NCBI GenBank assembly: GCA_004297625.1 | Contig: SCTY01000056.1 | Coordinates: 71,843 to 135,842 of the forward strand | From: Betaproteobacteria bacterium | GTDB taxonomy: Bacteria; Pseudomonadota; Gammaproteobacteria; Burkholderiales; SG8-39 | Direction of reading: 5' to 3' | DNA length: 64,000 bases | Part shown: positions 42,356 to 51,922 of the stretch, one piece after another | Layout: each line of letters begins with the position of its first letter | Numbering within the stretch: the first letter of the stretch is position 1 | Translations under genes and position numbers: made by a program | Notes under the pieces: model-generated | Told to the model about the DNA's origin: nothing | What the model saw: only the letters and a program-made list of their open reading frames with translations | Databases searched by the model: none

Positions 42356-44282
42356 GTGACCTCAGGTAACGAAGCGGTCCCCCGCGGAAAGGGGCAAACC
42401 CCGTGCCGAAGATGAGCCCCGCGTCGACGAGATCGGCGTCCGCGACGACCCCTTCGGCCGCCACTGCCTGCGCCTCGAGAAGGTAGGGCTCGATCAGCGC
42501 CTCGATCAGATCCTTGTCGTACGCGTCGGGCTGGCCTTTGACCGGTTTTCCGTCGCGGTACGCATAGATGCCCTGGCCGGCCTTCTTGCCGAGGTGCCCG
42601 AGCGCCACCTTGTTGGCGAGGATCTCGGGCACCTCCGACGTCTTGCCGAGCGACTTGCCGGCGGCGAGGCAGATATCGAGGCCTACGGTATCGGCGAGCT
42701 CGGCCGGGCCCATCGGCATGCCGAACTGCTCCATCGCCGCGTCGAGGGTTTCGGGCTTGTAGCCCTCGTCGAGCATGCGAAACGCGTTCAGCATGTAGGG
42801 CCCGAGCACGCGGTTCACCAGGAACCCGGGCGAGTCCTTCACCGGCAGCGGGAGCTTGTCGATGCGGCGCACGAACGCCGCCGCCTTGCGCGCAAGCTCG
42901 GGCTCGGTGGCCTCGCCCGTAACTACCTCGACGAGCTGCAGCTGCGGCACCGGGTTGAAGAAATGGATGCCGACGAGGCGCGCCGGTGCCTTCAGCGCCG
43001 CGGCGATGTCGGCAAGCCGCAGGCTCGAGGTATTCGTGGCGAGGATCGCATCGGGCCGCGCGATGGATTCGATGTGGGCAAAGAGCTTGCGCTTCGCATC
43101 GAGGTTCTCGTAGATCGCCTCGAGGACCACGTCGGCATGGCGCGCGCCCTCGCCGCTCACGTCGGGCACCACGCGGTCGAGCGCGTCGCGCACGCGGCGC
43201 TCGTCGCGCAACCTGCGCCGGAAGAGCTGCGCCGCGCGCTGGATGGCCGGCGCGATGCGCTCGGGGGAGGTGTCCTGCAGCGTCACGGTGAGCCCCCGCA
43301 TGGAGCACACCGCGGCAATGTCGCCCCCCATCGCGCCGGCGCCGACCACGTGCACGCGGCGCGGCTCGAAGCGCACGCCCTTCGCCGTGGCCTTCATGCG
43401 CTCCTGCAGGAAGAAGATGCGGATCAGGTTCTGGGTCGTCGGGTGCGCGAACAGCCCGTCGATGGAGCATGCCGGGTCGTGCGCGCCGAGGAACGGGTCG
43501 CCGTCGTACTTGCGCCACAGCTCGAGGATCGCGTAAGGCGCCGGGTAGTGCTCGCGCCGCGCCCTTTTTGCGACCTGTTTTCTCGCTTGCGAGACCACCA
43601 GGCCGCGCAACGGCCCGAGGAGAATTCTCTGCATCCAAGGAAGCGCTTTACGGCGCGGCGCTTCCAACGTGACCATGCGCGCCGTGTTCTCGAGGATGCG
43701 CAGCGGCACCGCCTGGTCGACGAGCCCGATGCGCTTCGCGCGCCGTGCATCCACCGACTTGCCGGTGAGGAGCATATCGAGCGCGGCCGCCGGCCCGAGG
43801 AGCTTCGGCAGCCATTGCACGCCGTGCCATGCGGGCAGGATGCCGAGCATCACCTCCGGCAGGGCAAAGCGCGTTTTCGGATCGTCGAGCGCCACGCGGT
43901 AGCGGCAGGCGAGCGACATTTCGACCCCGCCGCCCATGCAGAAGCCGTTCACCATCGCGGTGGTCGGGAAGGGAAGATCGCGGATTTCCTGGAACCGATC
44001 CCAGCCGAGCTTCACGAAGGCGAGCGCTTCTTCGGAGGACTGGAAGCGCGTGAATTCCTCGACGTCGGCCCCGGCGATGAAATTGTCCTTCGCCGAGCGG
44101 ATCACCAGGCCTTTGGGATTTTCGAGGCGGATCGCCGCGAGCGCGCGCGCCAGCTCCTCGAGCGCATCGCGCGAGAACGTGTTCGCCGATTCTCCCTGCT
44201 TGTCGAACGTGAGCCAGGCGAGCCCGTCCCGGTCGATGTCCCAGCGCCAGTGCCGGGCGGCCGTCAGCGTGCCCCGGTCCAT
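42339..44282 (-). CDS. fatty-acid oxidation multifunctional protein (enoyl-CoA hydratase plus 3-hydroxyacyl-CoA dehydrogenase)
   Basis: 647 aa from ATG 44282, which overlaps the thiolase stop by 1 nt. It has an N-terminal crotonase fold (FIAGADVEEF) and the NAD site VHVVGAGAMGGDIA. Confidence 0.9.
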   Translation of the reverse strand: MDRGTLTAARHWRWDIDRDGLAWLTFDKQGESANTFSRDALEELARALAAIRLENPKGLVIRSAKDNFIAGADVEEFTRFQSSEEALAFVKLGWDRFQEIRDLPFPTTAMVNGFCMGGGVEMSLACRYRVALDDPKTRFALPEVMLGILPAWHGVQWLPKLLGPAAALDMLLTGKSVDARRAKRIGLVDQAVPLRILENTARMVTLEAPRRKALPWMQRILLGPLRGLVVSQARKQVAKRARREHYPAPYAILELWRKYDGDPFLGAHDPACSIDGLFAHPTTQNLIRIFFLQERMKATAKGVRFEPRRVHVVGAGAMGGDIAAVCSMRGLTVTLQDTSPERIAPAIQRAAQLFRRRLRDERRVRDALDRVVPDVSGEGARHADVVLEAIYENLDAKRKLFAHIESIARPDAILATNTSSLRLADIAAALKAPARLVGIHFFNPVPQLQLVEVVTGEATEPELARKAAAFVRRIDKLPLPVKDSPGFLVNRVLGPYMLNAFRMLDEGYKPETLDAAMEQFGMPMGPAELADTVGLDICLAAGKSLGKTSEVPEILANKVALGHLGKKAGQGIYAYRDGKPVKGQPDAYDKDLIEALIEPYLLEAQAVAAEGVVADADLVDAGLIFGTGFAPFRGGPLRYLRSLGKTS

Positions 44283-45580
44283 TACGCGGCCTCCACGAGC
44301 ATCGCGCCGCCAAGACCGCCGCCGATGCAGATGGAGGCGATGCCGCGCTTCGCGTTGTTCCTCTTCAGCGTCTTCAACAGATGCAGCACGATGCGCGCTC
44401 CCGAGGCGCCGACCGGATGGCCGAGCGCGATCGCGCCGCCGTCGACGTTCAGCTTTTCCGGGTTCAATTCGCCGAGCGGCGCGTCGAGGCCCAGCTCCTC
44501 GCGGCACACTTTGGGGTCCTTCCACGCGGCCAGGCAGGCGAGCACCTGCGCGGCGAACGCCTCGTTGATTTCCCAGTAATCGAGATCGTCGAGGCGCAGC
44601 CCATGGCGCTTGAGGATGGGGGTTGCCGCGTACACCGGGCCGAGGCCCATCTGCGCAGGGTCGAGCCCCGCCCATTGCGAGTCGACGATGCGCCCGATCG
44701 GCTCGAGCCCGTGGCGTTGCACCGCCTCCTCGGAGGCGAGCAGCATCCACGCGGCGCCGTCGGTGATCTGCGAGCTGTTGCCCGGCGTCACGCTGCCGTA
44801 CTTGCGGTCGAAGAACGGCCGCAGCTTCTTCAGGTTGTCGATCGAAGCGTCGCGACGCACGCCGTCGTCGAGCGTGTACGTGTTGCCGTCGCGGTCGTAG
44901 AGCGCCTCGAGCTCGCCGCCGCCGGGAGCGAGCCGGCCTTCGTCCTGTGCACGGCTCACCCGCTCGTGGCTTCTTACGGAGAACGCATCCTGCTGCTCGC
45001 GCGTGATGCCGAAGCGGTGCGCGAGGTTCTCCGCGGTCTGCCCCATGAGGAGCCCGACGATCGGATCGGTGAGGCCCTTCATGATGCCGATCACCGGAGC
45101 GAGCAGCGCCTTGACCGGCAACCTGCCGAACAACATGGCTTTTTGAGAAGCCGTTTTCGCCGCCGCCATGTCGGAGAACCACAGCACCATCTTCTCGCTG
45201 TAGAGAAGCGGCGCGCGCGACAGCGCATCGACGCCCCCTGCGAGCACGAGCTGCGAGCGGCCGGCGAGGATGTTCGCGATCGCGGAATCGAGCGCCTGCA
45301 TGCCGGAAGCGCAATTGCGCATCACCGTCCAGCCGGGCACTTTCTGCCCGCAGCCCATGCGCAGTGCCGCCACGCGCCCGATGTTCACCTCGTCGACCGA
45401 GGGCGCGGCGCAGCCGAGAATCGCCTCGTCGAGCTCGTCGGGAGCGAATTTCTGGCGCATGAGCAACGCGCGCCCCGCCTGCGTGGCGAGGTCGCTCGCC
45501 GCGAACGGCCCCGGCCGGTTCTTCGATTTCAGGAAGGGCGTGCGCGCCCCGTCCACCACGTAAATCGCTTGGGAGGCCAT
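44282..45580 (-). CDS. acetyl-CoA C-acyltransferase (thiolase)
   Basis: 432 aa from ATG 45580. The active-site Cys context is VMRNCASGMQA. The C-terminal motifs are NVDGGAIALGHPVGASG and CIGGGLG. Confidence 0.93.
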   Translation of the reverse strand: MASQAIYVVDGARTPFLKSKNRPGPFAASDLATQAGRALLMRQKFAPDELDEAILGCAAPSVDEVNIGRVAALRMGCGQKVPGWTVMRNCASGMQALDSAIANILAGRSQLVLAGGVDALSRAPLLYSEKMVLWFSDMAAAKTASQKAMLFGRLPVKALLAPVIGIMKGLTDPIVGLLMGQTAENLAHRFGITREQQDAFSVRSHERVSRAQDEGRLAPGGGELEALYDRDGNTYTLDDGVRRDASIDNLKKLRPFFDRKYGSVTPGNSSQITDGAAWMLLASEEAVQRHGLEPIGRIVDSQWAGLDPAQMGLGPVYAATPILKRHGLRLDDLDYWEINEAFAAQVLACLAAWKDPKVCREELGLDAPLGELNPEKLNVDGGAIALGHPVGASGARIVLHLLKTLKRNNAKRGIASICIGGGLGGAMLVEAA

Positions 45581-45582
45581 GG

Positions 45583-48021
45583 CTATGCTGCGGCCTTCGC
45601 CGCCGGTTGGGACGCTTGCTCGAGGACCAGCTCCGCGCGCCCGAAATCGGGCGGGAAATCGTCCACCTTGATCACTTCCTTGCGCAGCGTCTCTTTGCGC
45701 TGCCATTGCTGGCGTTCTTCGGGCGTAAGGACCGAAAGCGGGTCGGCGAGGCCGCGTTTCTGCGCCTCCCGCAGCTTCTTGTCGATCGGCTCGCAGGCGA
45801 CCGTGGCGAGGAAGGCGGCCTCCAGCGTGCCGGTCGCATCGTTGCCCCTGGGCACGTACATGCCGGCGGTCAGCCGGTCGCGCGCCGTGCCCGGCTCGAG
45901 CAGGATCCGCGCGCATTCGCGGTTGCGTGAATCGAGCGGCGGGCGCAGCGACTTCCCGGTCGGGAACACGAGCCAGCGCAGCAGCGTAGCGAGCGCCTTG
46001 ATCGGGAAGTTGGACAGCACGCCCTCGATCGCCTGCTGCGCGCGGTAGAGCGCGTCGCGTACCGACCAGCGCACCAGCGGCAGGTCCTCGCGCATGCGGC
46101 CCTCGTCCTCGTAGCGCTTCAGCGTCGCCGAGACCAGGTACATCATCGACAGCACGTCGCCCAGGCGCCCGGAAATCTTCTCTTTGCGCTTCAGCGCGCC
46201 GCCCATCGCGAGCATCGAGATGTCGGCGAGGAAGGCGAACACGGCGGAGAGCCGCCCGACGTGGCGATAGTAGTGCTGCGTTTCGCGCGCTGCCCCGCTC
46301 GGCGCGGGCGCGATGCTGCCGCGCGTAAGGCCGTAGGCGAACGTGCGGATCGCGTTGCGCAGCACGTGCCCGATGTGCGACGTAAATGCGTCGTCGAACT
46401 CGCGCGACGCTTCGGCGCCGCTCATCTCCTTGGCGGCGCGCATCTCGCGCAGCACGTAAGGATGGCAGCGGATCGCGCCCTGGCCGAAGACGATGAGCGT
46501 GCGCGTGAGGATGTTCGCGCCCTCGACGGTGATCGCCACCGGGGCGATCTGGTAGCCGCGGCCGATCCAGTTGCTGGGCCCGAGGCAGATGCCCTTGCCG
46601 CCGACGATGTCCATGCCGTCGTTCACGACCTGGCGGCCGCGCTCGGTCATGTGGTATTTGGCGATCGCGGAGATGACCGCGGGCTTCTCGCCGAGGTCGA
46701 CCGCCCCGGCGGTCATGATGCGCGTCGCGTCCATCATGTAGCAGTGCGCCGCGATGCGCCCGAGCGCTTCTTCCACGCCCTCGAGCCGGCCGATCGGCGT
46801 CTTGAACTGGCTGCGCACGCGCGCGTACGCGCCCACGAAACGCGCGGCCGCCTTGGCGCCGCCGACGGCGGAGGTCGGCAGCGAGATCGAGCGCCCGGCC
46901 GCAAGGCAGCTCATGAGCATCATCCAGCCTTTGCCCGCGTACTCGCGCCCGCCGACGATCCATTCGATCGGCATGAACACGTCCTTGCCGGAGGTCGGGC
47001 CGTTCTGGAACACCGCGTTCAGCGGCAGATGCCGCCGGCCGATGTTCACGCCCGGAGTATTGGTCGGCACGAGCGCACAAGTGATGCCGAGGTCTTTTTC
47101 CTTACCCAAAAGACCTTCTGGGTCGTAGAGCCGGAAGGCGAGGCCGACCAGCGTGGCGATGGGTCCAAGCGTGATGTAGCGCTTGTCCCAGGTGACGCGC
47201 ATGCCGAGGACTTCCTTGCCCTGCCACACGCCTTTGCACACCACGCCCGAGTCGGGAATCGAGGCGGCATCCGAGCCGGCCTCCGGGCTCGTCAGCGCAA
47301 AGCACGGGATCTCGAGGCCTTTCGCGAGCCGCGGCAGGTAATGGTTTTTCTGCTCGTCGGTGCCGTAATGCAGGAGGAGCTCGGCGGGCCCGAGCGAGTT
47401 CGGCACCATCACCGAGATCGCCGCGGTGCTCGAGCGCGTGGCGAGCTTCTGGACCACGGCCGAATGCGCGATCGCGCTGAACCCGAGCCCGCCGTATTGC
47501 TTCGGGATGATCATGCCGAGGAAGCCCTTGTCCTTGACGTACTGCCAGGCTTGCGGCGCCAGATCCTGGCGCTCGTGCGTGATTTCCCAGTCGTCGCACA
47601 TGGCGCACAGCTCCTCGACCGGGCCGGCGAGGAAGGCTTGCTCTTCGGCCGAGACGCGGGGCTGCGGAATGCGCAGGAGCTTCTCCCAGTCCGGCTTGCC
47701 CGAGAAGAGATCCGCGTCCCACCATACGGTGCCGGCGTCGATCGCTTCCTTTTCGGTCTGCGACATGTCGGGAACGATCTGCCGGTAGACGGCGAGAATG
47801 CGGTCGGTGACGATCTTGCGTCGCAGCCACGGAACATTGAGAGCTGCGGCGGCAATCGCGAAAACAACAAAAAGAACTGTAGTCGTCAAAGCAGAAAACT
47901 GCGCGGCGATGCTCAGGTACGCGAGCAGCAGTCCCGCGGCGAGCGTCCACCATCCGATCGCCAGCCCGAAATAGCCGAAGACGAAGAAGACGGCGAGCGC
48001 ACCGAGCACGAATGCGAGCAT
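45583..48021 (-). CDS. fadE: large membrane-anchored acyl-CoA dehydrogenase (FadE-type)
   Basis: 812 aa with N-terminal TM helices, then an ACAD core and a long C-terminal extension, as in FadE. Confidence 0.88.
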   Translation of the reverse strand: MLAFVLGALAVFFVFGYFGLAIGWWTLAAGLLLAYLSIAAQFSALTTTVLFVVFAIAAAALNVPWLRRKIVTDRILAVYRQIVPDMSQTEKEAIDAGTVWWDADLFSGKPDWEKLLRIPQPRVSAEEQAFLAGPVEELCAMCDDWEITHERQDLAPQAWQYVKDKGFLGMIIPKQYGGLGFSAIAHSAVVQKLATRSSTAAISVMVPNSLGPAELLLHYGTDEQKNHYLPRLAKGLEIPCFALTSPEAGSDAASIPDSGVVCKGVWQGKEVLGMRVTWDKRYITLGPIATLVGLAFRLYDPEGLLGKEKDLGITCALVPTNTPGVNIGRRHLPLNAVFQNGPTSGKDVFMPIEWIVGGREYAGKGWMMLMSCLAAGRSISLPTSAVGGAKAAARFVGAYARVRSQFKTPIGRLEGVEEALGRIAAHCYMMDATRIMTAGAVDLGEKPAVISAIAKYHMTERGRQVVNDGMDIVGGKGICLGPSNWIGRGYQIAPVAITVEGANILTRTLIVFGQGAIRCHPYVLREMRAAKEMSGAEASREFDDAFTSHIGHVLRNAIRTFAYGLTRGSIAPAPSGAARETQHYYRHVGRLSAVFAFLADISMLAMGGALKRKEKISGRLGDVLSMMYLVSATLKRYEDEGRMREDLPLVRWSVRDALYRAQQAIEGVLSNFPIKALATLLRWLVFPTGKSLRPPLDSRNRECARILLEPGTARDRLTAGMYVPRGNDATGTLEAAFLATVACEPIDKKLREAQKRGLADPLSVLTPEERQQWQRKETLRKEVIKVDDFPPDFGRAELVLEQASQPAAKAAA

Positions 48022-48030
48022 GGAAGCCTC

Positions 48031-48702
48031 CTAGGCGGCCTTGCGCACGGCGTTCTTCAGCGCAGCCGTGAGCCCCGCGGCGAGGAAAGCGGCGAGCCGG
48101 TCCTCGAGCAGCCGGGCGTCGTAGCGGTCTTCCGGCTTGCATCCGGCGATGAGCTGCACGGTGTCGGTCGCCGCAAGCGTGTACGAGAGCGTGCCGAACA
48201 TGAAGTGCATGCGCCAGACGAGCTCTTCCTTCGGCATCTGCGGCAGCGCCTGCTCGAGCGCTGCCTTGAAGCGCGCCATCACCGGCGCGTAGAGCTGGCC
48301 GATGAGCGCGCGGATAGGCTTCGCCGGCTCGGTGTAGGTGCGGCCAAGAAGCCGGCTGAAGTTGCGCCCGCCGCCTTTCGCGTCTTCGACCATGCGCAGG
48401 CTTTCGCCGATGAAGGCGCGGATGATCGCTTCGGGCGCGAGCGGCCGGCCCGCGCTCTCGAGCGCGTCCAGCGCCGCCAGCCGCGCCGCGTTCATCGGAT
48501 CCAGCCGGCGCCGGAACACCGCTTCGATGAGCGCATCCTTCGAGCCGAAGTGATAGTTCACCGCGGCGAGGTTCACGCCGGCTTTGCTGGTCAGCTGGCG
48601 CATCGACGTGCCTTCGAAGCCATGGAGCATGAACAGCTCCTCGGCGGCGTCCAGGATGCGGGTGCGGGTTTCGTGCTGGGGCTTCACTGCGCGCAGGGTC
48701 AT
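48031..48702 (-). CDS. TetR/AcrR family transcriptional regulator
   Basis: 223 aa with the N-terminal HTH FEGTSMRQLTSKAGVNLAAVNYHFGSKD. It is the first gene of the fad operon, with a 9-nt gap to fadE. Confidence 0.9.
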   Translation of the reverse strand: MTLRAVKPQHETRTRILDAAEELFMLHGFEGTSMRQLTSKAGVNLAAVNYHFGSKDALIEAVFRRRLDPMNAARLAALDALESAGRPLAPEAIIRAFIGESLRMVEDAKGGGRNFSRLLGRTYTEPAKPIRALIGQLYAPVMARFKAALEQALPQMPKEELVWRMHFMFGTLSYTLAATDTVQLIAGCKPEDRYDARLLEDRLAAFLAAGLTAALKNAVRKAA

Positions 48703-48714
48703 GGCGGTCTCGGT

Positions 48715-48744
48715 TTCAAACGGCGGTTCAAACGAACGTTTGAA
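48715..48744. promoter_or_regulatory. candidate TetR operator with three TTCAAACG half-sites: a direct repeat plus an 8-2-8 inverted repeat TTCAAACG AA CGTTTGAA
   Basis: Half-sites lie at 48715-48722, 48727-48734 and 48737-48744 (inverted). The region sits 13-42 nt upstream of the tetR ATG (48702) in the divergent region. Confidence 0.55.
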
Positions 48745-49058
48745 TGCTAGTCCGCGGAGCGCGGGTGCGTCAAGCTACCTGCGTGACTGGCAGCGGTCTT
48801 TTGGGGCTCGTCCTGTTGTCGATGGCGTGGCTCTTCTTCCTCCTCGGCCTCGCGATCAACTACCGGCTCTTGCACCCGAGCGTGACGCTCGGTTTTCTGC
48901 CCGGCGTGGTCGGTTCGCTCGCGGCGTTCTTCAGCATCCCCGCGCTCGGCAAGTACGGCGTCGACGTGCCGTGGCCGTGGCTGTGGATCTTTCTGCCGCT
49001 GGCGCTCGACCCGGGCGGCCTCGGCGGCTTCGTCGCGCGGCTCTTCCAGAAGCGATAA
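48744..49058 (+). CDS. small hydrophobic membrane protein (start uncertain)
   Basis: 104-aa ORF with 2-3 TM segments (MAWLFFLLGLAINY..., WPWLWIFLPLAL). The track ATG overlaps the operator, so a downstream start (GTG, or ATG at MAWLFF) is plausible. Confidence 0.5.
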   Translation: MLVRGARVRQATCVTGSGLLGLVLLSMAWLFFLLGLAINYRLLHPSVTLGFLPGVVGSLAAFFSIPALGKYGVDVPWPWLWIFLPLALDPGGLGGFVARLFQKR

Positions 49059-49065
49059 TCGCCGG

Positions 49066-50886
49066 ATGCAGGCAAGAAGTGCCGGCGCGCCGGCGCGCCG
49101 GCTGACCGGCAACGAATGGCGCGTGCTGCTGACGCTCGCCCCGTACATCTGGGAATACAAGTGGCGCGTGGTGGGCGCGCTTACTTTCCTCGTGGTGGCG
49201 AAGCTCGCGAACGTCGGCGTGCCGCTCGTCATGAAGCAGGTGGTCGACGGGCTGGACGCGCCGGTCGCGATGGTCGCGGTGCCGGTGGCGCTGCTCGCGA
49301 TCTACGGCATCCTGCGCTTCTCGACGACGCTGTTCCAGGAGCTGCGCGACGCCGTGTTCGTGCGCGTCACGCAGCGCGCCATGCGGCGCGTCGCGCTCGG
49401 CGTGTTCCGCCACCTGCACAGCCTTTCGCTGCGCTTCCATCTCGACCGCCAGACGGGCGGCATGACGCGCGACATCGAGCGCGGCACGCGCGGCATCTCG
49501 ACGCTGCTCTCGTATGCGCTGTTCTCGATCCTTCCCGTCATCCTCGAGTTCGCGCTGGTGGCGGCGGTGCTTCTAAGCCGCTTCGACTGGCGCTTTGCCG
49601 CCATCACCTTCGGCGCGGTCGCGGTGTACATCACTTTCACCGTGACCGTGACCGAGTGGCGCATGGAGATCCGGCGGCGCGCGAACGAGCTCGATTCCAA
49701 GGCGAACACGCGCGCGATCGATAGTCTCCTCAACTACGAGACGGTCAAGTACTTCGGCAACGAGGAGTTCGAGGCCGGGCGCTACGACGAGCACCTGAGA
49801 AAGTACGAGGACGCGGCGACCACGAACGAGGTCTCGCTCGGCATCCTGAACATCGGGCAGAGCTTCATCATCGCCGCGGCGGTCACTGCGCTGATGCTGC
49901 TCGCCGCGCAGGGCGTGGCGAACAAGAGTTTCACGCTCGGCGACCTGGTGCTGGTGAACGGGCTGCTCATCCAGCTCTACATCCCGCTCAACTTCCTCGG
50001 CATGGTGTACCGCGAAATCAAGCAGGCGCTGCTCGACATGGACCGCATGTTCCGCCTGCTCTCGGAGGGCCGCGAGATCGACGATCGTCCCGATGCCACC
50101 GCGCTGCCGCCGGGGCCGGCGACCGTGGAGTTCCGCGACGTGGATTTCTTCTACGAGCCGGCGCGCCAGATCCTCTTCGGCGTGAGCTTCGCGATCGGCG
50201 CGGGCCAGCGCGTCGCCGTCGTCGGGCATTCGGGCTCGGGCAAGTCGACGCTCGCCCGGCTGCTCTACCGGTTTTACGACGTCTCGTCGGGCGGTATTTT
50301 CATCGACGGGAAAGACCTGCGCGCGCTCAGGCAGACGAGCCTGCGCGCGGCGATCGGCATCGTCCCGCAGGACACGGTGCTGTTCAACGACACGATCCTT
50401 TACAACATCCGCTATGGCCGGCCGGACGCAAGCGATGCGGAAGTGATCGAAGCGGCGCGCGCCGCGCATATCCACGAGTTCATCGAAACGCTTCCGGCGA
50501 AATACGAGGCGACGGTGGGCGAGCGCGGACTGAAGTTATCGGGCGGCGAGAAGCAGCGCGTCGCGATTGCGCGCGCGCTCCTCAAGAATCCGCGCATCCT
50601 GATCTTCGACGAAGCCACCTCCGCGCTCGACTCCCGCTCCGAGAAAGCGATCCAGGCCGAGCTCGAGCGCATCTCCGAAGGACGCACGACGTTGGTGATC
50701 GCTCACCGCCTTTCCACGGTGATGGATGCGGACCAGATCCTGGTGCTCAGCCACGGCCGCATCGTCGAGCGCGGAACGCATGCGCAACTCATTGAACTAG
50801 AAGGCGAATACGCCAGGATGTGGGCGCTCCAGCAGCAGGCCGCGCAAGCCCAGGCGGTCCTCGAAAACGCCGAAGAAGCACTGTAG
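49066..50886 (+). CDS. ABC transporter permease/ATPase fusion (ATM1/HMT1-type exporter)
   Basis: 606 aa: six TM segments, then Walker A GHSGSGKST, the signature LSGGEKQRVAIARA, and Walker B ILIFDEATSALD. Confidence 0.9.
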   Translation: MQARSAGAPARRLTGNEWRVLLTLAPYIWEYKWRVVGALTFLVVAKLANVGVPLVMKQVVDGLDAPVAMVAVPVALLAIYGILRFSTTLFQELRDAVFVRVTQRAMRRVALGVFRHLHSLSLRFHLDRQTGGMTRDIERGTRGISTLLSYALFSILPVILEFALVAAVLLSRFDWRFAAITFGAVAVYITFTVTVTEWRMEIRRRANELDSKANTRAIDSLLNYETVKYFGNEEFEAGRYDEHLRKYEDAATTNEVSLGILNIGQSFIIAAAVTALMLLAAQGVANKSFTLGDLVLVNGLLIQLYIPLNFLGMVYREIKQALLDMDRMFRLLSEGREIDDRPDATALPPGPATVEFRDVDFFYEPARQILFGVSFAIGAGQRVAVVGHSGSGKSTLARLLYRFYDVSSGGIFIDGKDLRALRQTSLRAAIGIVPQDTVLFNDTILYNIRYGRPDASDAEVIEAARAAHIHEFIETLPAKYEATVGERGLKLSGGEKQRVAIARALLKNPRILIFDEATSALDSRSEKAIQAELERISEGRTTLVIAHRLSTVMDADQILVLSHGRIVERGTHAQLIELEGEYARMWALQQQAAQAQAVLENAEEAL

Positions 50887-50914
50887 CCTCAGCCCGACAG
50901 CGGCAGTTTTTCAC

Positions 50915-50967
50915 GGGGATTAGGAGGAAAAACTTCCTACCCCATGATTTTCCTTGATTTTCTTTTT
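50915..50967 (+). terminator. candidate intrinsic terminator of the ABC transporter gene
   Basis: The stem is GGGG-(AT bulge)-TAGGAGG / CTTCCTA-CCCC with loop AAAAA (50915-50943). It is followed by the T-rich tract ATGATTTTCCTTGATTTTCTTTTT. Confidence 0.45.
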
Positions 50968-51010
50968 GGACGTCGCGTAAACTGCGACATCCCCATGAGC
51001 CGTTTAGGGG

Positions 51011-51922
51011 ATGGGCAAACCACAAAGAAAACCAGCACCGTACGAAAAGATTCGTCTCATGGCGACACCGCAAAGGAAGCTCCACCCCCTCGAAGGCATT
51101 GTTGCCGTCTTCGCCCTGTTCTTCGTTCTCGCCTTGACTGTCGGCTTCGCCCAGGCTCAGACCCGCAAGGTCGTGCTGCGCTCGGCCTCCGCGCTCGTGC
51201 AGGACGCGCAGACCGGCGAGATCGTCTTCGACAAGAACAGCGACGCCGTCGTCCCGATCGCGTCGATCACCAAGCTGATGAGCGCCATGGTCATCCTCGA
51301 CCGCGGGCTCGATCTCGACCAGCGCATCGTGCTCAGCCGCGACGACGTCGACACGCTGAAGGGCACGCGCTCGCGTCTTCGGACCGGAGCAGCCCTCACG
51401 CGCAGCGAATTGCTGCTGCTCGCGCTGATGGCTTCCGAGAACCGCGCGGCGGCGGCCCTGGGCCGCACTTATCCCGGCGGAACGGAAGCCTTCGTCGTCT
51501 CGATGAACGCCAAGGCCGAGCAGCTCGGCATGACGGACAGCCGTTTCGTGGAGCCGACCGGGCTGTCGCCGGCCAACGTCTCCAGCGCACGCGACCTGGC
51601 GAAGCTCGTCGCGGCGGCGCACCGCTATCCGCTCATCCGCGAATATTCGACCACCGAGAAGGCGACGGTCAGCGCCTTCGGCCGGCGCCTTCACTTCCGC
51701 AACACCAACGGCCTGGTGCGCAGCTCGCAGTGGGAAATCGGGCTTTCGAAGACCGGCTATATCAGCGAGGCCGGCCGCGGCCTCGTGATGCGCGTGCGCG
51801 TTGCCTCCAAGGACCTCATCGTCGTGCTGCTCGATTCGTGGGGCAGGTACTCGCGGATCGGCGACGCCAACCGCATCAAGCGGTGGCTCGAGAGCAGCGC
51901 GAGCCTCAAGCGCAGCAGCTAG
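51011..51922 (+). CDS. D-alanyl-D-alanine endopeptidase/carboxypeptidase (peptidase S11, PbpG-like)
   Basis: 303 aa with a signal peptide and the active-site motif ASITKLM (SxxK). An alternative start is ATG 51059. Confidence 0.85.
   Translation: MGKPQRKPAPYEKIRLMATPQRKLHPLEGIVAVFALFFVLALTVGFAQAQTRKVVLRSASALVQDAQTGEIVFDKNSDAVVPIASITKLMSAMVILDRGLDLDQRIVLSRDDVDTLKGTRSRLRTGAALTRSELLLLALMASENRAAAALGRTYPGGTEAFVVSMNAKAEQLGMTDSRFVEPTGLSPANVSSARDLAKLVAAAHRYPLIREYSTTEKATVSAFGRRLHFRNTNGLVRSSQWEIGLSKTGYISEAGRGLVMRVRVASKDLIVVLLDSWGRYSRIGDANRIKRWLESSASLKRSS

Noticed and set aside
50921-50946. TAGGAGG followed by ATG at 50944, considered as the start of a gene (ORF 50944..52872)
   Set aside because: The AGGAGG is one arm of the terminator-like hairpin after the ABC transporter gene. 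The ORF translation is shadow-like and overlaps the well-supported pbpG-like and egtD-like genes.
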